DNA of 63,972 nucleotides, counting the filler, from Choristocarpus tenellus KU-1152 (lineage: Eukaryota; Protista; Phaeophyceae), in the NCBI GenBank assembly GCA_964200185.2. It is 8 parts of 8 records of this genome, joined end to end, with 100 filler letters (N's around TTAATTAATTAA, not from the genome) between each part and the next. Parts side by side here need not be neighbours in the genome. Positions count along the whole stretch, not along the records: positions 48,205 to 63,972 come from CAXNAD020000933.1; 7 more parts are not named here. One strand, written 5' to 3'. Shown piece after piece: positions 61,301 through 63,972 of this stretch (position 1 is the first letter of the stretch; the number at the start of each line of letters is the position of its first letter). The notes below the pieces were generated by a model. The model searched no databases. It was not told where the DNA came from and saw only the letters and a program-made list of their open reading frames with translations. A program made the translations under genes and the position numbers.

Positions 61301-63046
61301 GTATTTCCCTTTTCTTTCCTCACATCACCATGTTTTCCATTAAAAGACCGAGGATTTAACTGGTAGAATTGTGCTTGCATAGACAGCTCAGGGATAAACT
61401 CGTATTGAAGCAACATTGATGGGTATTTTGCATTACCAAAGGTCATTCATAATATTGCATCTTTATTGGTCCGATCTGCTATCTTCTACCCCCTCCTCCC
61501 CTCCCCTATTTCCAGTGCCCCCTGGATCAGCTCATTGCTGATCCACACTGCCTGAGTCCTCCGGAGCTGGGTGTAGGGGAGTTCCATGCTGATACAGATG
61601 AATCCAGCATTGTTGACGCCTTTCGCAAGTATGCTGTGGCAGGAAATAAGGTAACTAACTGTTTGATTTGCTATTTGATTTGCTGTTCGTTTGCTGTTTC
61701 AGTTATGCTACTATCTGATAACTACTTGAAGTAGTTAGCAATGCATCCTATTCTGCAACCCAAGTTTTGAAGTGGATTGATGAGTCACCCAAGCATTTCA
61801 TGCCTTGCACAAATCCTTCCTTCCTGCGTATATGTTGCCAAAATGAGAAACTGCGGGCTGTAGATATGCTTAGTAGATAATACATGCAATGAACGCGGAG
61901 ACCAATATGTCTATTAGGTTGCGGTCAGGTGCAGATTAGTTGTATATTCCCCTGTTGGAGTAGGTTTACTTGTCTGCCATGCAGCTAACTTACCACTGAT
62001 CCCTTTGGTGGAGAGTGTATGGATATCAGGTCAGCATCAACTATACACTACTGTCCAGACAAAAGAAAAACTGATGCATGGTAATATGTTTTGGAGGGGT
62101 ATTTCACGGTAAAGTGTTTTAGACTATGAACTGACTTATGTGCAACTTTAGGCATACTGTAGGATATACAACTAAGAGTCCATCACAGAGAGTGTTGAAA
62201 CATTACCATGTACACTTCTGTACCTCCTAGAGACATTGGCGTTGACATTGACACACCACAAAGATGACTCCTGTTCCTTCATTCTGACTTTGATATGTGA
62301 AATAATGACAGGCACACTTACATTGATTTTAGCAGTGAATACAGGTTTGTTCAGATGGTGACATCAAATCTGGGGCTTCCAGTTCAGTTTAGTTGATGCC
62401 AAGTATATTGATACTATAACTGGTTGGGCATTAGTGAGGGGAGCTTACCTTCGCTTGTTCCTCTCTATTCTAGACAGTCTTCTTGCCTGTGGCCTTAGGG
62501 CTGCTATAGTGCCATTCTCAATCTCTAAGCTCTCGAGTTGTTTCTGATATGAAAAATACTCAAAGTAACTCCGTTTGATGCAACACAACCAATATTCAAG
62601 AAGTAAAATGGCAGGTCGCTTATTGTTTCTTATCATCTCCACAGATCAGGAAAAATTACAGTGAAAGCTCACAATAATACATATATAGGGATACTGCATA
62701 TGGCTGTGTAAACAAATGCAAGATCAGTTCACAGTCACTTCACAGTCACTTCACAGTCACAGACCTCCATGAAAATAAATAATAAATGGAGCGTTAGCCT
62801 CAACATCTTGGTTGGAAACACGAATTGAAGCCCCAGAACTGAAGTCGGTATTTTCCTTAAAGTTTTTCTTTTTTATTGGTCTTGTTTTCTCGTGCACAGG
62901 TTAAGGCATCAGATCTTGATCAAGTTATGAAGGTCCTTGGTGCAGACTGGGATAAGGAAGAGTTTGCCGAAGTGCTACGATCGTTGGACCCTTGCGGTTC
63001 AGGCATGGTTCACTTTGATGCATTCAAGGAGTGGTGGTCTCACTAA
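55324..63046 (+). CDS. MDAR: Monodehydroascorbate reductase-like FAD/NAD(P)H oxidoreductase with C-terminal EF-hand pair
   Basis: About 13 exons. LGGGVASGY, PYER|PALSKG, QTPHWYKEH|GI, YKYLMIATG, VHYLRD, VVIGGGLIACEVA, DVFAAGDVA, RFEHVHAAR, PSFYSR|FLDLSWKFYG, FGAFWLKEGQIVGAFLE. Last exons: IVDAFRKY...|VKASDLDQVMKVLG...EEFAEVLRSLDPCGSGMVHFDAFKEWW*. The start codon is tentative. Confidence 0.88.
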
Positions 63047-63929
63047 CTGGACCTCACTGCAGGCCTCGGTGCTAGCATGTTCCTGATGGCCCTTACCAAA
63101 ACTGGATAGGGTTGTATCCAGTATTTGGGCATGCTGAGGAATTATCACAAGCATATAGAGGAAGAGTTCCCAGGGTTCAGTTGTTCAGAATTTTTCCCTA
63201 GAAGGGGTTGTATTTCTTCTTTGACAAAAGGGATGAGGACCACACAAGTTGGTTACGCTGACTTTAACATTTGAAGCCCACAGCTTCTTTTGTACCACTT
63301 TTCCAGCTCTTATAGGAGGCCTCCTAAAGGTATCCAACATTGTCAAATATATAAAATAAATACGGCAATTGGTGCTCACTACAATACGCACACATGCCTT
63401 GCTCGCGTGTACGATAATGTGCACATTTCAAGGCGCCAGCACCATTCTCACCTCATTCATTTTATGATCTACATGTTTGTGTTGAAGGAATGCAGGCATG
63501 AGGTATGCTTGAGCTTAATTCAATTTTTTCTGCCCTGGGTGTCAAAGCAGGGAATGCAAGACTCTTGATCAATGGCTTTGTTACTTCTTAGACTGCAAGT
63601 ATGTTTTTCCTAACCCATTCAGCTGCAATTAACATTGTGAGCTTATCTTCTGTATCTCCACTGATCTTGAACACCTTGGACAATGACATTGTTGGGTTGC
63701 TCATTTTAACTCTAGCAACTACACCAAATAACAGTGGGCCATCATATCTTACAGGGGGGTGGGTGACGTTGAGTATTTGGGGCCCCTGTGACTGTCTTCT
63801 GGAGAGCAATTTCAAGCTAGTGTGTATAAATATTTGTCTCCTCTTCTAGCAATTTGTATTAATTCTAACCATAAACAAAGAACACTAAAGCCACAGTCTC
63901 CTAAGGGGGGTTAGCTGTATTTCAGTTGA

Positions 63930-63972
63930 GGCTCGAAGTATCCGGGGGGGGGGGGGGGGGCGGCTGTCCATT
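63930..63972 (+). mobile_element. Left end of MITE family 2 at window end
   Basis: GGCTCGAAGTATCC-polyG-CGGCTGTCCATT matches 24865-24901. Confidence 0.8.

Noticed and set aside
63588-63816. Possible terminal exon of a convergent minus-strand gene
   Set aside because: It has a plausible acceptor and 75 open codons, but no recognisable motif or partner exon in the window.

Overview
This is eukaryotic, intron-rich DNA with GT-AG introns and CTAAC-type branch points. It contains flagellar genes (an axonemal dynein heavy chain and IFT20). The protein style suggests a stramenopile such as a brown alga or relative; that taxonomy is inference. The window is not one locus: it is eight contigs joined by artificial 100-bp N44-TTAATTAATTAA-N44 spacers, so neighbourhood across spacers is meaningless. 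Manual splicing gives the following. (1) 1-10292: a TPR-dsRBD-R3H protein. (2) 10393-17087: a multi-pass membrane + PX + DEP protein, head-to-head with Yip1/YIPF5. (3) 17188-20617: an intron-split Sola-like DDD transposase that the ORF track does not show, with a MITE next to one of its splice acceptors. (4) 20718-33457: 18 exons of an axonemal dynein heavy chain. (5) 33558-36458: no recognisable gene. (6) 36559-41660: SPF45/RBM17 plus a decayed RTE LINE. (7) 41761-48104: a TM + ATG2/VPS13-C-like + probable SMP protein, head-to-head with a tail-anchored coiled-coil protein. (8) 48205-63972: a YggC/FrcK-like P-loop kinase fused to a PfkB kinase, a small membrane protein, IFT20, and a monodehydroascorbate reductase with a C-terminal EF-hand pair. 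Two MITE families with a shared TIR core G(A/G)(G/C)TCAAAGTATCT are scattered across the contigs. All domain calls come from motif recognition by eye; no database searches were run.
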